A stretch of 63,369 nucleotides of DNA, counting the filler, from Basidiobolus ranarum (lineage: Eukaryota), in the NCBI GenBank assembly GCA_040143965.1. It is 54 parts of 54 records of this genome, joined end to end, with 100 filler letters (N's around TTAATTAATTAA, not from the genome) between each part and the next. Parts side by side here need not be neighbours in the genome. Positions count along the whole stretch, not along the records: positions 11,813 to 12,891 come from JASJQH010013410.1; positions 12,992 to 14,070 come from JASJQH010013411.1; positions 14,171 to 15,249 come from JASJQH010013412.1; positions 15,350 to 16,427 come from JASJQH010013413.1; positions 16,528 to 17,605 come from JASJQH010013414.1; positions 17,706 to 18,783 come from JASJQH010013415.1; positions 18,884 to 19,960 come from JASJQH010013416.1; positions 20,061 to 21,137 come from JASJQH010013417.1; 46 more parts are not named here. One strand, 5' to 3'. Positions 12,260-25,843 of the stretch are shown here, in pieces. The number at the start of each line of letters is the position of its first letter. Positions within the stretch are counted from its first letter, which is position 1. The notes under the pieces were generated by a model that was not told the DNA's origin, made no database searches, and saw nothing but the letters and a program-made list of their open reading frames with translations. The position numbers were made by a program, and so were the translations under genes.

Positions 12260-12891
12260 GTCAGGTATTTCGTATGAAGCAGATTGCATGATTGTAGAGT
12301 CCATTTTGTCAGAACTTGACATTACTCCAAATTCTGGGTTTTCACTAACTGCGCCATGTTGTAGCACGGGGGCTCGAAGTATGCAGGATATAGATATGAT
12401 ACCAAAAATAAAAGAAGATAATTCTACAAATGTTGAAGAAGAATATACATTCGTAAAAGTAACATTGTATAGATCTCATCTAACCGATGATAAGACGATT
12501 TCGCTTACGTGCAAAAAAGATACCATAACAGACTTGAACATTTTTTTAGGCGATAAAAAATTTATGGGAAAACGTAAATTTCCCAAATCCGTAGAAAAAA
12601 TCAAAGGACTAAAGAATTTAGATCTGATTGCCGAAAACGTAATTATACCAGATGACGCATTTAATAATATGAAAACCCTGGAATGGTTGCAAATAGCTGA
12701 CTTAAATGGCGACATTCATATTAAGCAAGGCGATCTGCCAAATTTAAAGAATTTGATTATTAGTGGTAAAAACTGGAAATGGGATATTCCCAAAACTCTT
12801 CCAAATTTAACTTATTTAAACCTAAATGGTGGTAATATAAATACAACTATACCAGAAAATATTTGGGATTTAAAGTATTTGCAAAAACTTC
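12258..12891 (+). CDS. Leucine-rich repeat protein, 5' part
   Basis: Cys cap (DCMIV..CCS..LTCKKDTITDLNI), then LKNLDL, LEWLQI, LPNLKNLII, LPNLTYLNLNGGNINTTIPENIWDLKYLQKL. Confidence 0.75.
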
Positions 12892-12991
12892 NNNNNNNNN
12901 NNNNNNNNNNNNNNNNNNNNNNNNNNNNNNNNNNNTTAATTAATTAANNNNNNNNNNNNNNNNNNNNNNNNNNNNNNNNNNNNNNNNNNNN

Positions 12992-13330
12992 CCAACAACC
13001 ATCAATAGTTGCTGCAAAGTCTCATTGAGTAGTGGTAGATATCTATTTAGAACATCTTGTTTCTCTAAAGTTGAGGTGCAATGGTTGCTTCTAGTCCATA
13101 CAAGCTAAAATACATTTGGAATTGTGACTTTGCAGACTCAAAATCAAAATTTATATCTCTTAATTCATACTATCAATACTCATAAATTTGTTTGTATATT
13201 TTCTTGCAGACTTCTAAAGGCTTGAAGATATAGTATTCTCTCCAAAGCAAAGTCAAAAGTTGCTCCTCCTTTTGTCTGATGCCCCCTTCCCCAGCTTCTG
13301 TCAAGTTTATCAACAATTCCCACATATAAA
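12992..13330 (-). repeat. Unclassified CpG-depleted repeat with decayed coding frame
   Basis: Matches 47845-48149 closely. Confidence 0.6.
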
Positions 13331-14808
13331 GCAAGAATTCATAGTTAATACCTGGGCATCTGTAAAATCATTATACATGCACTGCTTTGCACCACCTACA
13401 TCTTTATGTGACTGTGCAAGAAAAATTTTGGAATTGGTGGTTTTCTGTACTAAAGTGGGTTGTGAATCAGGAAGAATCTATTTTGACATGATATGTAACT
13501 ACCATATGTATACATGATTTTAGACTTTATTGGTTTCAATCAGAATTAAGGGTCTTTCTGTATTATTGGTTAAAATGTCAAAGTTAATTTCCTAGAGTGT
13601 GATCAAGCATAATGCATTCCACAATGAGCCATTTTGATATGTACATCAAATACATTGATTCAGATCAAGCTAGGATTAACTTTCTTGATGCAGTTTATTA
13701 TATAACTTCCATGCAATTATTATTATAATTGCAATAATTAGGTTAATTAGTGCAAAGAGAAGTCTTATTATACAGAATATGTGGGAATTTTGACATGATA
13801 ATTGAAATATTATGCAAGCTGGATTGATCTCTGTTGTGCCAGCCCAATACAAGATTAGTATCATGCTCTCCACCTACTCTAAATGGTGATTCCCCATTAA
13901 TCTAAAAGCAACTACTGGCTGTCCTATCACCACCTTAGAAGCTATATTTGAGAAATATGGACGACAATGTGAGCATCAGCAAGAGCATCCTTAAGGTTGT
14001 CGGAACCAAGATGAGCAGTGACCTTGGAAGGAGTGTTGATGTGGGAAAGATCAGCAGCGACTCCGGGAACNNNNNNNNNNNNNNNNNNNNNNNNNNNNNN
14101 NNNNNNNNNNNNNNTTAATTAATTAANNNNNNNNNNNNNNNNNNNNNNNNNNNNNNNNNNNNNNNNNNNNGATTGACATTCCCACCCGCAGGTTACAAGC
14201 TTGTTAACTCACTTGTAGATATCATTATTTCCGTCTTATGTATTGTATGTAATCAGAATAAATCATTGGCTTCCAAAAATACCTCCTTGTTTGATATTTG
14301 TACCTCAATATTCGATCATAAATGACATCATGCTATTCGATCAATTTGTTTATTTATTTTTCAGCTGCTGATTTGTTTAGAATATATCAGTAGTAGATGT
14401 GTTATTATTACTGCTTATCAAGGTAACATTTATGGTGATGACAATTCTCCATAAGTAAACAACCAAGGTGTTGGATACTTCGAAATGAGCTCAATAATGA
14501 ACTTGAATTTCACGTATATCACTTTGAATGTATTATTAACGTGTAAAATATTCTTGGATGGTTACGAAGTAAAATATAGAAAACCGGTTAAAGCAATATG
14601 TACTTTTCTCATAGAGTGGAGATCATCTTATAGGTTTTAATATCACCAGAACAATAGTGATAGGTTTACTAGGGCAACCACGACGGTGTATATGGAGTTA
14701 AAAGTCACTATGTGCTATTACTGCAAAACACGAAATTTTTATTAGAGTTCTGTAATTCAGATACTTACTAAAATGTGAAGGAAAAGCAGAACAAATGATA
14801 GTAAATGA

Positions 14809-15249
14809 TTAGCGATTACCACGGTATCTATGAATGAAAAATACAACTGCGCATATATTGAATACCGAAAATAAGCATAATATACCGAAATTTCTCCAAC
14901 GATTTTCAAAACTCCACGCTAAGTGATGATAAAAATCCTCTCCAACTCTATACTGGCAATAGTTACACATATCTGTAGCACTGGGATCCTTCAGATACCC
15001 AGGTGCTACTTGAAGAAAAGCACTTGCGTATTCCCCACACGTTTCTCCTGATGGAGGAGTGAACTTGAAGAACTCAGAGTCTGTGCACTGAACAAGCATT
15101 CCTTTTAAATCATTTGTGATAACCGCCTCAGCAAAGTAATGATAAGGACTCAACCAGTACATCCAATGTTTCCAGAATGCTGGCATTGATGGATATGGAA
15201 TGGTGACACCGCAGAAGAAGGCCATCATGGCACCAAAGAATGGGTTGAG
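14809..15249 (-). CDS. PDR-type ABCG transporter, C-terminal fragment
   Basis: FCGVTIPYPSMPAFWKHWMYWLSPYHY, PPSGETCGEY, CNYCQY, RWRNFGI. Confidence 0.92.
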   Translation of the reverse strand, partial: LNPFFGAMMAFFCGVTIPYPSMPAFWKHWMYWLSPYHYFAEAVITNDLKGMLVQCTDSEFFKFTPPSGETCGEYASAFLQVAPGYLKDPSATDMCNYCQYRVGEDFYHHLAWSFENRWRNFGILCLFSVFNICAVVFFIHRYRGNR

Positions 15250-15349
15250 NNNNNNNNNNNNNNNNNNNNNNNNNNNNNNNNNNNNNNNNNNNNTTAATTA
15301 ATTAANNNNNNNNNNNNNNNNNNNNNNNNNNNNNNNNNNNNNNNNNNNN

Positions 15350-16427
15350 TATGAACATATTCCTAAACCTCAGCATAGGAAATTAGACAAAAAGGCAATT
15401 AAATGCATCCTATTAGGATATCAGAACAAAGGCTACCATCTCCTAATTGCTGGCACAAATCAAATCATCAACTCCAGAGATACTATATTAATTGAAGAAA
15501 ATCTCAAATCTTCCAATCCAGGGAATTTGATTTTGGCTGAAAATCAATTTCTCAATAACTCAAATTCTGAGTTAACAAGTTCTGAAACCAATCTTGAGCT
15601 AATGAGTACTGAAACCAACTTGGAAAATAATACATTGGAAATAGATACTGGAATTAGGCCAAATATGGAATCCGAAACTATCTATCAACATTATCCAGAT
15701 TGAGAGAATATCACATCTGGGACAAGGTCTAAAATGTCATCCACCAATGAATATATGACAAAGCTGAAATCATTACCAATCCCTGTGGTGAATATCCCTA
15801 GCAGAAAGCCAAGAAGCAATAATCCTGTCTCAAACTTCACTATGAGTACTGAAACCAAGGAGAATAGACTATTATATGATATTCTGGAATCAAGCAGCTA
15901 TATGAGTAGTGAAACATTAGGCAGCACTTGAGATGCCCCAATTTATACCAGAAAACCTGATAATTACTCCAAGGATACTGATAATTTGGAACCAGCTTCT
16001 GAAATCAGCATATTATCTCTGCCAATGAAAAAAATGGTAATCAAAAAAAGGATATTTTTCCAGCCAATCAGGAATCAGGAAATTAGGCTCAGAAACAAGG
16101 CAATAATTATCTTACCAATCACATACCTAAGAAATATCCTACACTCAATTTGGCTGATATTAGATGCAATTAATTATTGGAATTATGAATCAATCATAAC
16201 AAGTATTCAATCAATCACAAAATTCAGGCAATTAGGTCTCAGACATCCTACTGAGTGGGAATCAGAAACATCCTGAAAGTGAAACATCTGACCATTCTAC
16301 TAAGGTCTTTGGATATCTCAAATCAGAGCATAAAATCAACAGTTTCAATTCAGAAAAAGGGTGGAATATATCTGTGCAAATAGCATTTTCTCAACCAGAA
16401 AATTTGACACAAGCTCTGGAATCTGAT
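15350..16427 (+). mobile_element. Ty1/copia integrase C-terminus and long spacer
   Basis: KLDKKAIKCILLGY. Near-identical to 23592-24667. Confidence 0.8.
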
Positions 16428-16527
16428 NNNNNNNNNNNNNNNNNNNNNNNNNNNNNNNNNNNNNNNNNNNNTTAATTAATTAANNNNNNNNNNNNNNNNN
16501 NNNNNNNNNNNNNNNNNNNNNNNNNNN

Positions 16528-17605
16528 TTAATATGCCGGAAACTAATTTAAGTAATGATAAAGCATTTGTCAATTTACCAGATGTGTTCCTTTCCAGCAA
16601 TAGTGCAAGTGAAGAGATTGAAATCCCCCAGTTACGTAGTAAACCAATCATGGAGTAAAGTTCAACCAAAACACTGTCAAGACTATCAACTTCCAAAATA
16701 GCTACTTTGCCCACTATTGAACAACCTTCCATAGAAAATTGGATAGAATTATTACAACAAGTGAATTGCAGGGAGAACACCATAATGATTTGTATGCAAT
16801 CATAAGTAAAAGCTACAAAGTTGCTATACAGGCCATGATAAGCAATAATGCCGCATTATTGCAATTAATGCAGTGTTTGGAAGCAACTAGTCAACAGTTA
16901 GAGAGTCACTCAACAATGCTACTAGATATTCAGAATGCTGTACTTGAGGTACAGCAACATGCAGCTTTCTCCATCCATTCTTATACAGGATTTCAACCAA
17001 TCCCACACTATATATACTAACATCACTGTGACAATGTAGCAGAGCAGAATATGTGTTCAACCATTAAGTTTACACAACAACCCAAATTGCTTGGGCACAT
17101 GAAAGTAGAAGTCTCATAGGAAAACCAGCAAACCAAAAGACTCTGAATGTCAGAGCTGCCGTTACTTGCCCCAATGATGAGTTGTTTAACATTTTGGAAA
17201 CTGTGTGGAATCTTGCCTAAAATCACCTGGATTTGAGCCAATTATGTAAAAACCAAAAACCAGACATTACTCTGAAGGTTCTTGACTTATTTCATGTGTT
17301 TTATCCGGGTTTCTGCAAGCAAATGGCAATTGGGCTAATATAGGCCTATTCATGAAACATCTCAAAAATGTATGCAATGAACAACTTGGAAAAGAAAGAA
17401 TAGCAGCTAAAGAAGTACTGAAGGAGCAGGATGTTAGTAAACCCAAAGAAATAGCAAAGGAGCCAGTGAGTTCAGGCTCTACTGTCCCAATAACCAAATT
17501 CTTCACACCATTACAAAGATCTGCATTTCCAGAGTCAGATATACTGGCAAAAAAGATTAGTTTACCATGGAACCAGGTACACTAGTTGGATGAGTGCTAA
17601 ATTCA
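16528..17605 (+). mobile_element. CMC ORF2, degenerate copy
   Basis: Homologous to 30646-31267 and 8271-9351. Confidence 0.75.
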
Positions 17606-17705
17606 NNNNNNNNNNNNNNNNNNNNNNNNNNNNNNNNNNNNNNNNNNNNTTAATTAATTAANNNNNNNNNNNNNNNNNNNNNNNNNNNNNNNNNNNNNNN
17701 NNNNN

Positions 17706-18222
17706 AAGATTAATTATCCAACAAAGAGTCAGCTCCTTGCCAAGTGTCAGTGCTATTCAAAATTTCAGATGTTTAGCAATTTTTCCACTGCCAGTTTGCT
17801 GGTAAAGCATATTGATTTTGTTGAGTTATGTTTAATCAGTCAAGTATGTGCATATGTAGAGACTAAACATAACAAGATTCTTGTATTTTTTGATTCTCAT
17901 TATGGCTGGAATACAAAGCCTAAATTACCTAAATATGGTATGCATATTAAATCAAATTCCTACAGCAGTAAATCCAGTAATTTGCCATTCAAAAATTATA
18001 TTTTTGCAAAAATTGCTGGATATTGAATAACGCATACCAAATTTGAGGATCAAAATTTTGACATGTACAAATACCATCAAAATACTGTCAAGAAACTGCC
18101 ATTGCACCATCAGAATCCCTGGCAGAATGCAAGCCACCAATATTGTGATGGTTCTCTGACAGTTTTGCTCTTTTGGAGGGTGGATCCAATCAGGATCAAA
18201 TTGATTTTATTTTTCGCAGGGG
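17706..18222 (+). mobile_element. CMC transposase C-terminus plus terminus A, inserted in a family e LTR
   Basis: FFDSHYGWNTKPK, then the terminus A sequence. Confidence 0.8.
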
Positions 18223-18783
18223 ATAGTGTGTTTTGGTTACTTTATTCTTAAGAGTATAGGGTCACTTATATAGTGGAAAAGTAAATCAATTGTTTGAGAT
18301 ACTCAGGAGTTTGTTTAATGAGATATAATAGATAAGTGGGGGTAATATGACATACTTGTTATTTAGATATAGAGATATTCCTATTTAGAATATAGGGGCT
18401 ATAGATACATTGCTTTCTGTTTCTGGTTTATGTAACATAACTAAAGTTAACTATGATGTTGAATAAAAATTAATTATGAAACATAAACTAATCTAACAAA
18501 GGCTTACATTTCTTAAATTTCTGTCTAGCTAATGGTCCGGTTAATATATCAGCAATCCTGTCTTCTGTAGAACAATATGTTTAGTCACTAAACTTATTCT
18601 ATACAATCTCTCTAATGAAGTGATGTTAATATCTATATGCTTGCTTCTATTATGAAACATGGGACTTTTAGCCAATTTGATTCAACTTTGATTATCTTGA
18701 AATATTGTAGTTGGTGTGATTTGACAATATCCCAAATCAGTTCAGAGTTTCCTTAACCATACTGATTCTTTTGTTGCTTCACA
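18223..18783 (-). mobile_element. Copia LTR (family e) remnant and RNase H end
   Basis: LTR matches 55967-56282. HNRSKHIDI-like motif. Confidence 0.7.
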
Positions 18784-18979
18784 NNNNNNNNNNNNNNNNN
18801 NNNNNNNNNNNNNNNNNNNNNNNNNNNTTAATTAATTAANNNNNNNNNNNNNNNNNNNNNNNNNNNNNNNNNNNNNNNNNNNNCATCAGTTTATAATCTA
18901 CCTATGAATATTAGAATAACCATTAAGTCTTTTGGTAGTCCTTACTGGGAAAACCAGTAGTAGAGTAATTATCATAATT

Positions 18980-19960
18980 CACATACCAATGTTTTTCATT
19001 TGTGAAATGTTGGGAGGCTCCAGAATCAATATACCATGTCTGAGAATCCTTGTTGGTAGTCACAGATAGGGCAGAAATGAACAAGTGATCTTATGTTGTA
19101 ACCACATTTCCAGATTCAGTGTGTTTTTCTTCTTTTGCAATTCTTCTAAAACAATCTTTGCTTGAATGGCCAGTTCTTTTACAGTAATCACAGAATGTGT
19201 TGCTTTTCTTATTAAAGTGCTTTTGATCTTTATAGGAAGGTTTCCTATAGCCTATTAAAGCATTTTCCTCATTCTTTTGGTTGAGTCCTGATTTGCATAA
19301 ATCTTCATCCAGAAGTCTGCCAAATACATGAATTAAGGTCAAATTTTCAGTTCTTATTTCTAGAGCCATTGCTGGGCTCTGAAACTCCTGTGGTAGGCTA
19401 TTCAGGACTGTAACTACGATATCTTGATCAGTGGTAGGTACTCTAATGCATTCCATTTCATCCACTAAAATAGTGACTCTATTAATTAGTGATTTAATGT
19501 CTTTCCCTGGCTTCATCTTTAAGTTAAAGAATTGTCTTCTTAGAAACCTCTTGTTGGCAGCAGAATTTGTTTGGTAGATGTCTTCCAAGGCTTTCCATAC
19601 CTTCTTGGCAGTTTTAGCTCTTGAGCATTGAATTAGCCCTTTGTCTTTAGCATTAAGACAAATTGTGTAAAAGGCACTTTGTTCTTTTTTAACCTGGAGT
19701 AAAACTTTGGTTTAAGATAGATTTGCATTGTTTTCTTCTCCTACAACAGTGTCACAAAGTCCTTTTTCTTGCAGCAGCATTTCATTTTAATTTTGTAAAC
19801 TTGTTAATTGGTTCCATCCAATTTTTCAGAAGAGGGAAAAGTTGCATAACTTTGAGAAGTAGACATTACAGAGAGTGCAAGCTTGAGGCTCATAACCTGT
19901 CAAAGTATTTGGGAGCCTGTTGGAAGTTGTTTGGAGAATTAGAGGAATTGGTGGTTTTCA
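18980..19960 (-). mobile_element. Ty1/copia 5' end: LTR (family a), PBS, gag, protease start
   Basis: Gag with VLNSLPQEF and CDYCKRTGHSSKDC knuckle, WYIDSGASQH, PBS at 19886-19897. Confidence 0.9.
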
Positions 19961-20213
19961 NNNNNNNNNNNNNNNNNNNNNNNNNNNNNNNNNNNNNNNN
20001 NNNNTTAATTAATTAANNNNNNNNNNNNNNNNNNNNNNNNNNNNNNNNNNNNNNNNNNNNACAGATGTTCTGAACACAACCCCAGTGTTAGTTTTCTGTA
20101 TTTCTACCAAAATGTATAAATGCTTTATTTCTGGACAATAAATAATTATCTCACAAAGCTATTCACAACTCCACTTTTCTAAAGTTCCTCCAAACATCCC
20201 ATATTTTGCCAAT

Positions 20214-20721
20214 ATTTCAAGCTTCCTTGCCTTTCTTGCTGAACTGGAAGCCACATTTGGAAATACAAATAAGCAAAGAATATCAGCCACCAAGCTCTGT
20301 GCACTTAAACAAGGGTCAAAGCCTGCATCAACTTATGCTGCAGAATTCCCCTTCTTGCCTGTTATCTCAATTGGGAAGAATCTGCCCTGATCAACCAATT
20401 CTTATATGGACTCCAAGAAAGTATTAAGGATCTTTGACTCATTATGACTGACCCAGTGACCTTGACTGATGCTATCCATCAGGCAGTTAAATATGATAAC
20501 TGGTTGTTTGAAAGACAACAACAAAGAAATATGGCTCCTTTCTTCTCTCCTTCCTCATCTACTTTCAGACCTCCCTTCCATCAAACACAAAATACAGCTC
20601 AAGCAGATTACCCAATGCAAATTGATGGAACTTGATTCAGAAAGCTTAGCTCTGAGGAGAAATATCAATGCCAACAAGAGAATCTATGCCTCAATTATGG
20701 AGCTCCTAGACATGTAGCATC
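20214..20721 (+). mobile_element. Ty3/gypsy gag remnant
   Basis: Retrotrans_gag-like, PMQIDG, degenerate zinc knuckle. Homologous to 34980-35244. Confidence 0.75.
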
Positions 20722-21137
20722 TGTTGAAATTAGCATTGTCTAAACACCTATATAGTCATATATAACTTATACTTAGTTATGTTGTAAATCACTAAGATAT
20801 TATCAATTATTCTGAATTGGAACTTAGGATATTTTTACCAACTTGGAAGTTCTCAGATATATAGATTGTTCAAACTTGTGCTAGAAGCCCCAAACTTTGC
20901 CCACATATTCCTAGGACCTTCCTTAACACATTCTACATGTTAGCTTGTTTACATCTTGACAAAACTATAAATGTTAACTTTCTGCTCAACAAATTAATAA
21001 GTGAAAACTACCAATTCCTCTATTTCTCCAAACCACTTCCAACAAGCTCCTAAATATTTTAACAGGCTATGAGTCCTAACCTTGCATGGTCTGTAATGTC
21101 TACTTCTCAAATTTATGGAGCTTTTCCCTCTTCTAAA
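20722..21137 (+). mobile_element. Complete copia 5' LTR (family a, 20722-21064) plus PBS, inserted in gypsy gag
   Basis: TGTTGAAAT...TTTTAACA followed by GGCTATGAGTCC. Another copy at 49995-50342. Confidence 0.85.
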
Positions 21138-21639
21138 NNNNNNNNNNNNNNNNNNNNNNNNNNNNNNNNNNNNNNNNNNNNTTAATTAATTAANNNNNNN
21201 NNNNNNNNNNNNNNNNNNNNNNNNNNNNNNNNNNNNNCATAGTAAACTATAAATAGGACATATTCAATTCAATAAAACTTAAGTGTCTAATTCACAAATC
21301 CAAATCTTGTCCAAAACACTTCCAAATCCCCTAAACACTTTTATCAGTGCATCAGCTGAAGTCTTGGCAGTGAAAGATCATTGGTTATGAATCTTGTGAC
21401 TTATATTGATTTGCATCTAGACAAATGACTCAGAGAATAATACTGATTTGATATTGAACATGTGATTGGTCATAAGATCTGACAGATGAGATAAGAGAAT
21501 AGATGGTTAGTCATGTGATAAGTCACATGATAGGGTCACTGGATAAGGTCAGGTGCCTCGATAGCAATGATCATAAACTCAACAGATATTCATGCAAGTT
21601 GTAAAGATATGGAGTAAGTAAAGCAACTCTATATGTTGA

Positions 21640-22124
21640 TGCACAACAGTTCCCATTCCAATGGCATCCAATGTACAGTCATCTCCCATGAAAACCATTC
21701 TAATTGGGATCTCTTCATCATCCACAAACCAATGTTTTTCATTTGTGAAATATTGGGATGCTCCAGAATTAATTTACCACATCTGGGAACTCCTGTTAGT
21801 AGTCATAGATAGAGTAGATATGAACAAGTGATCATCTGTTGTAATCACATTTCCTGATTCAGTACATTTTTTTTCTTTTGCAATTCTTCAAAAGCAATCT
21901 TTGCTTAAATGGCCAGTTCTTTTACAGTAATAACACAATGTGTCACTTTTCTTCTTAAAGTTCTTTTGATCTTTGTAGCAAGGCTTCCATAGCCTATTAA
22001 AGTATTTTCTTCATTATCTTAGTTGGATTTCAATTTTCATCAATTTTCATCCTGAAGTCTGCCAAATACAGAATTCAAGGTCAAATTTCCAGTTCTTGAT
22101 TTTAGAGCCATTGCTAAGCTCTGA
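21640..22124 (-). mobile_element. Copia gag/protease remnant fused to a CMC transposase fragment (22125-22314)
   Basis: Homology to 19000-19385 and to 29960-30130. Confidence 0.7.
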
Positions 22125-22414
22125 AACGTGTGTTGCATAGTTATTTGGCATGCAAAAACCTCCAAATTTACTGATGGCAGGAGTTTCACCAATATACACA
22201 ATGATATTAGCTTTAATACAATATTCACCCATCTGAACCCCATTAGCTACCCAGTCATATTCCATACGCAAAGGCTACAAGAAGCTATCTGGAAGGAGTG
22301 GGGATTTAGGTCCCNNNNNNNNNNNNNNNNNNNNNNNNNNNNNNNNNNNNNNNNNNNNTTAATTAATTAANNNNNNNNNNNNNNNNNNNNNNNNNNNNNN
22401 NNNNNNNNNNNNNN

Positions 22415-22885
22415 AGATCTTCATGACACATCTTTTCCACCGAAGCAAAGCTGATCACTGCATATACTTCAAGACTATCAAAGCCACCAAAGTGACAATT
22501 GCTCTCTATGTTGATGATATCATAATAGTTAGTAATTGCTCAAATCTGATGAAACAAACTAAAACCTGGCTATCTACTGAGTTTGAAAAGTAAAATCTAG
22601 GATCACTAGCATATTGTCTTGGAATGTAGATACATCAAAATTCCACTATTGGAACACTCTTTATTATACAAGAAGAATATATTAAAGATGTTTTAAACAG
22701 ATTCAATCTGTCAGAATGTAAAACAGCTTCAAATCTGCTATGTATGCTGAAACTCAGTAAGAATATGGAACCAAAGACCTCTGAAGATATTGAAATCACA
22801 AAACATATTCCTTACCGTAGTGCAGTTGGAAGTCTCATATATGCAACAACTGGTACTAGGCCGGATATTGCTACAGCAATGTGCT
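22415..22885 (+). mobile_element. Copia RT remnant
   Basis: LYVDDI, PYRSAVGSLIYATTGTRPDI. Confidence 0.85.
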
Positions 22886-23491
22886 ATCTGAAAATATAAT
22901 TTTCAAATGGTAAATTACTGGGTTTACTGCTGTAGGAATTTGAATTAAAATGCATGCCTTTATTTAGATATATTAGGCTTGGTATTCCAGCCATAATGAG
23001 AATCAAAAAATACAAGAATCTTGTTGTGTTTAGTCTCTACATATGCACGTACTTGACTGATTAGACATAACTCAACAACAGCAATATGCTTTACCAGCAA
23101 ACTAACAGTGGAAAAATTGCTAAAGATCTAAAATTTGGAATAGCACTGACACTTGAAAAATAGCTGACTCTTGTTACCATTTGCAATGAGAATAAACTCT
23201 TGGATTTTGGCAGATTTCTGTAAAGAATTCAGCCAATATATCCCCAACTTGCAGTCAACAAGTGTCCTGCCACAAGTAGATGTGTTATTGCTGGAATAGA
23301 TTACCCCATGGCTAAAACAATAATACTGCATATCTTGATCTATCTCACCAAGAAGTCTGTCTTGTAGCTTTCCTAATAGTACCGTCAGATTATCACTCAA
23401 TCTAATTAGTCCAATTAGAGAGGTACTTACTCTGTGTCCATGGATTGGGCTTTGTTGTGGTTATTGTGCTCAAATAATGCTAAAACCCGTG
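22886..23491 (-). mobile_element. CMC transposase C-terminus
   Basis: Matches 6320-6930. Confidence 0.75.
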
Positions 23492-23591
23492 NNNNNNNNN
23501 NNNNNNNNNNNNNNNNNNNNNNNNNNNNNNNNNNNTTAATTAATTAANNNNNNNNNNNNNNNNNNNNNNNNNNNNNNNNNNNNNNNNNNNN

Positions 23592-24667
23592 CAAAATAGA
23601 AGTCCAACATGTAGCAACCATGACTCTAAAACTCCTATTGAAATCTGGACTGGAAACAAGCCTAATCTGAATCATCTCAGAATTTTTGGATCAATAGTAT
23701 ATGCTCATATTCCTAAACCTCAGCATAGGAAATTGGACAAAAAGGCAATTAAATGTATCCTATTAGGATATCAGAACAAAGGCTACCATCTCCTAGTTGC
23801 TGGTGCAAATCAAATCATCAACTCCAGAGATACTATATTCATTGAAGAAAATCTCAAATCTTCTAATCAAGGGAATTTGATTTTGGCTGAAAATCAATTT
23901 CTCAATAACTCAAATTCTGAGTTAACAAGTTCTGAAACCAATCTTGAGCTAACAAGTACTGAAACCAACTTGGAAAATGATACATTGGAAATAGATACTG
24001 GAATTAGGCCAAATTTGGAGTCTGAAACTATTTATCAACATTATCCAAACTTAGAAAATATCACATCTGGCACCAGGTCTAAAACATCAGCCACCAATGA
24101 ATATATGACAAAGCTCAAATCATCATCAATCCCTGTGGTGAATATTCCTAGCAGAAAACCAACAAGCAATAATCCTGTCTCAAACTTCACTACAAGTACT
24201 GAAACCAAGGAAAATAAACTTTTATATGATATTCTGGAATCAAGCAGCTATATGAGTAGTAAAACTTTAGACAGCACTGGAAATGTACCAATTCAAACCA
24301 GAAAACCTGATAAATACTCTGAGGATATTGATAATTTGGAACCAGCTTCTGGAAATCAGCATATTATCTGTGCCAATGAAAAGTATGCTAATCAGCAAAA
24401 GGATATTTTTCCAGCCAATCAAAAATCAGGAAATTGGGCACAGCAACAAGTCAATAATTTTCTGACTAATCACATACCTAAGAAATATCCTACTCTCAAT
24501 TTGGCTGATATTGGATGCAATCAATTATTGGAAGTATGCAATTAATCATAAAATTCAGGCAATCAGGTCTCAGAAATCCTACCTAGTGGAAATCAGAAAC
24601 ATCCTGTAAGTGAAACTTCTGACCATTCTACCAAGGACTTTGGATGTCTCAAAGCAGATCATGAAAT
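23592..24667 (+). mobile_element. Ty1/copia integrase C-terminus and spacer
   Basis: TPIEIWTGNKPNLNHLRIFGS, ORF 23733-24545. Confidence 0.85.
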
Positions 24668-24767
24668 NNNNNNNNNNNNNNNNNNNNNNNNNNNNNNNNN
24701 NNNNNNNNNNNTTAATTAATTAANNNNNNNNNNNNNNNNNNNNNNNNNNNNNNNNNNNNNNNNNNNN

Positions 24768-25843
24768 TTCAAACTTAGTCACAGATTTGGAAGCAAGTTC
24801 TGACAAGTTGTCTTTGGAGTTTGTGGTAGCATGGCTACTGGATCACCACCTCAGAAGTAAGATTTTGGAAAAAGAATCAAAGAAGTGGCTTGTTTTGGAG
24901 CTGGAAAACATAGCTTTGGCAATTACATAGGTTACAAAAGAAGGAAACCAGGTTTATGCTATGGTTGTAACAAACCAGAACATCAGATCAAAGATTGCCA
25001 ATCAAGAATTACAACCAAAATGAGAAGTCAGAACAAGCAAATCAGTTTTGAACCAAAGAGGAACTTTTATTCAATTCTGCCCTATTAGTGACCTATGAAC
25101 AGGACTGTTGGTCATGGTATATTAATTCTGGAGCCACTCAACATTTCTCTAATCAAAAAAACTGGTTTAAGACAGTCAAAACTGACATAAACAACTAGGT
25201 TTATATGGAAACTGACCAGCCACTAGAAGCTCCAGGAGTGGGTGAAATCAAAGTGGATCTTGGGGGCATCTCTGGGGACATGTATTTGACAGTGAAAAAT
25301 GTGTTTTTTGTGCCTGGGATAGCAAAAAATATGTTATCAGTGAATAAAGCTACATCTGAGAGATATAGCTTTAATTTTGATCAAAATGGCTGTACATTCA
25401 GGCATTCATAAGGGAATTATGTAGCTTCTGGAGCTAAGCAAAATAACTTATATAAGCTTTATTATATTAGGCCCATGTATGAACAAGTTAATACTATCAC
25501 AGCTGAAGAGATAGACTGGAAAATCTGGCATAGGAGATTGAGTCATCCAGGAGCTGAATACATGAGAAATTTAATTAAAAAACAAGATAGTTTGAGACTA
25601 AATTTTGTAATTTCACCAGATCTGGAGCTATGTGAAGGTTGCCTATATGGTAGGCAACACAGACAGCCATTTGTAGGCTCTGGAATGAGCAAAATGGATC
25701 ATAAATTGGGCCTGATGCACTCAGATCTGTGTGGCCCAACACAGAAAAAATCCTCAGGTGGAAAAAGGTATTTTATGAACTTTATTGATGATAAGACCAA
25801 GTATACTTGAGGGTACTTTCTGGCCAGCAAGGATGAAGCCTTT
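24768..25843 (+). mobile_element. Ty1/copia gag knuckle, protease, GAG-pre-integrase, integrase start
   Basis: CYGCNKPEHQIKDC, WHRRLSH..CEGCLYG, HSDLCGP. Confidence 0.9.
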
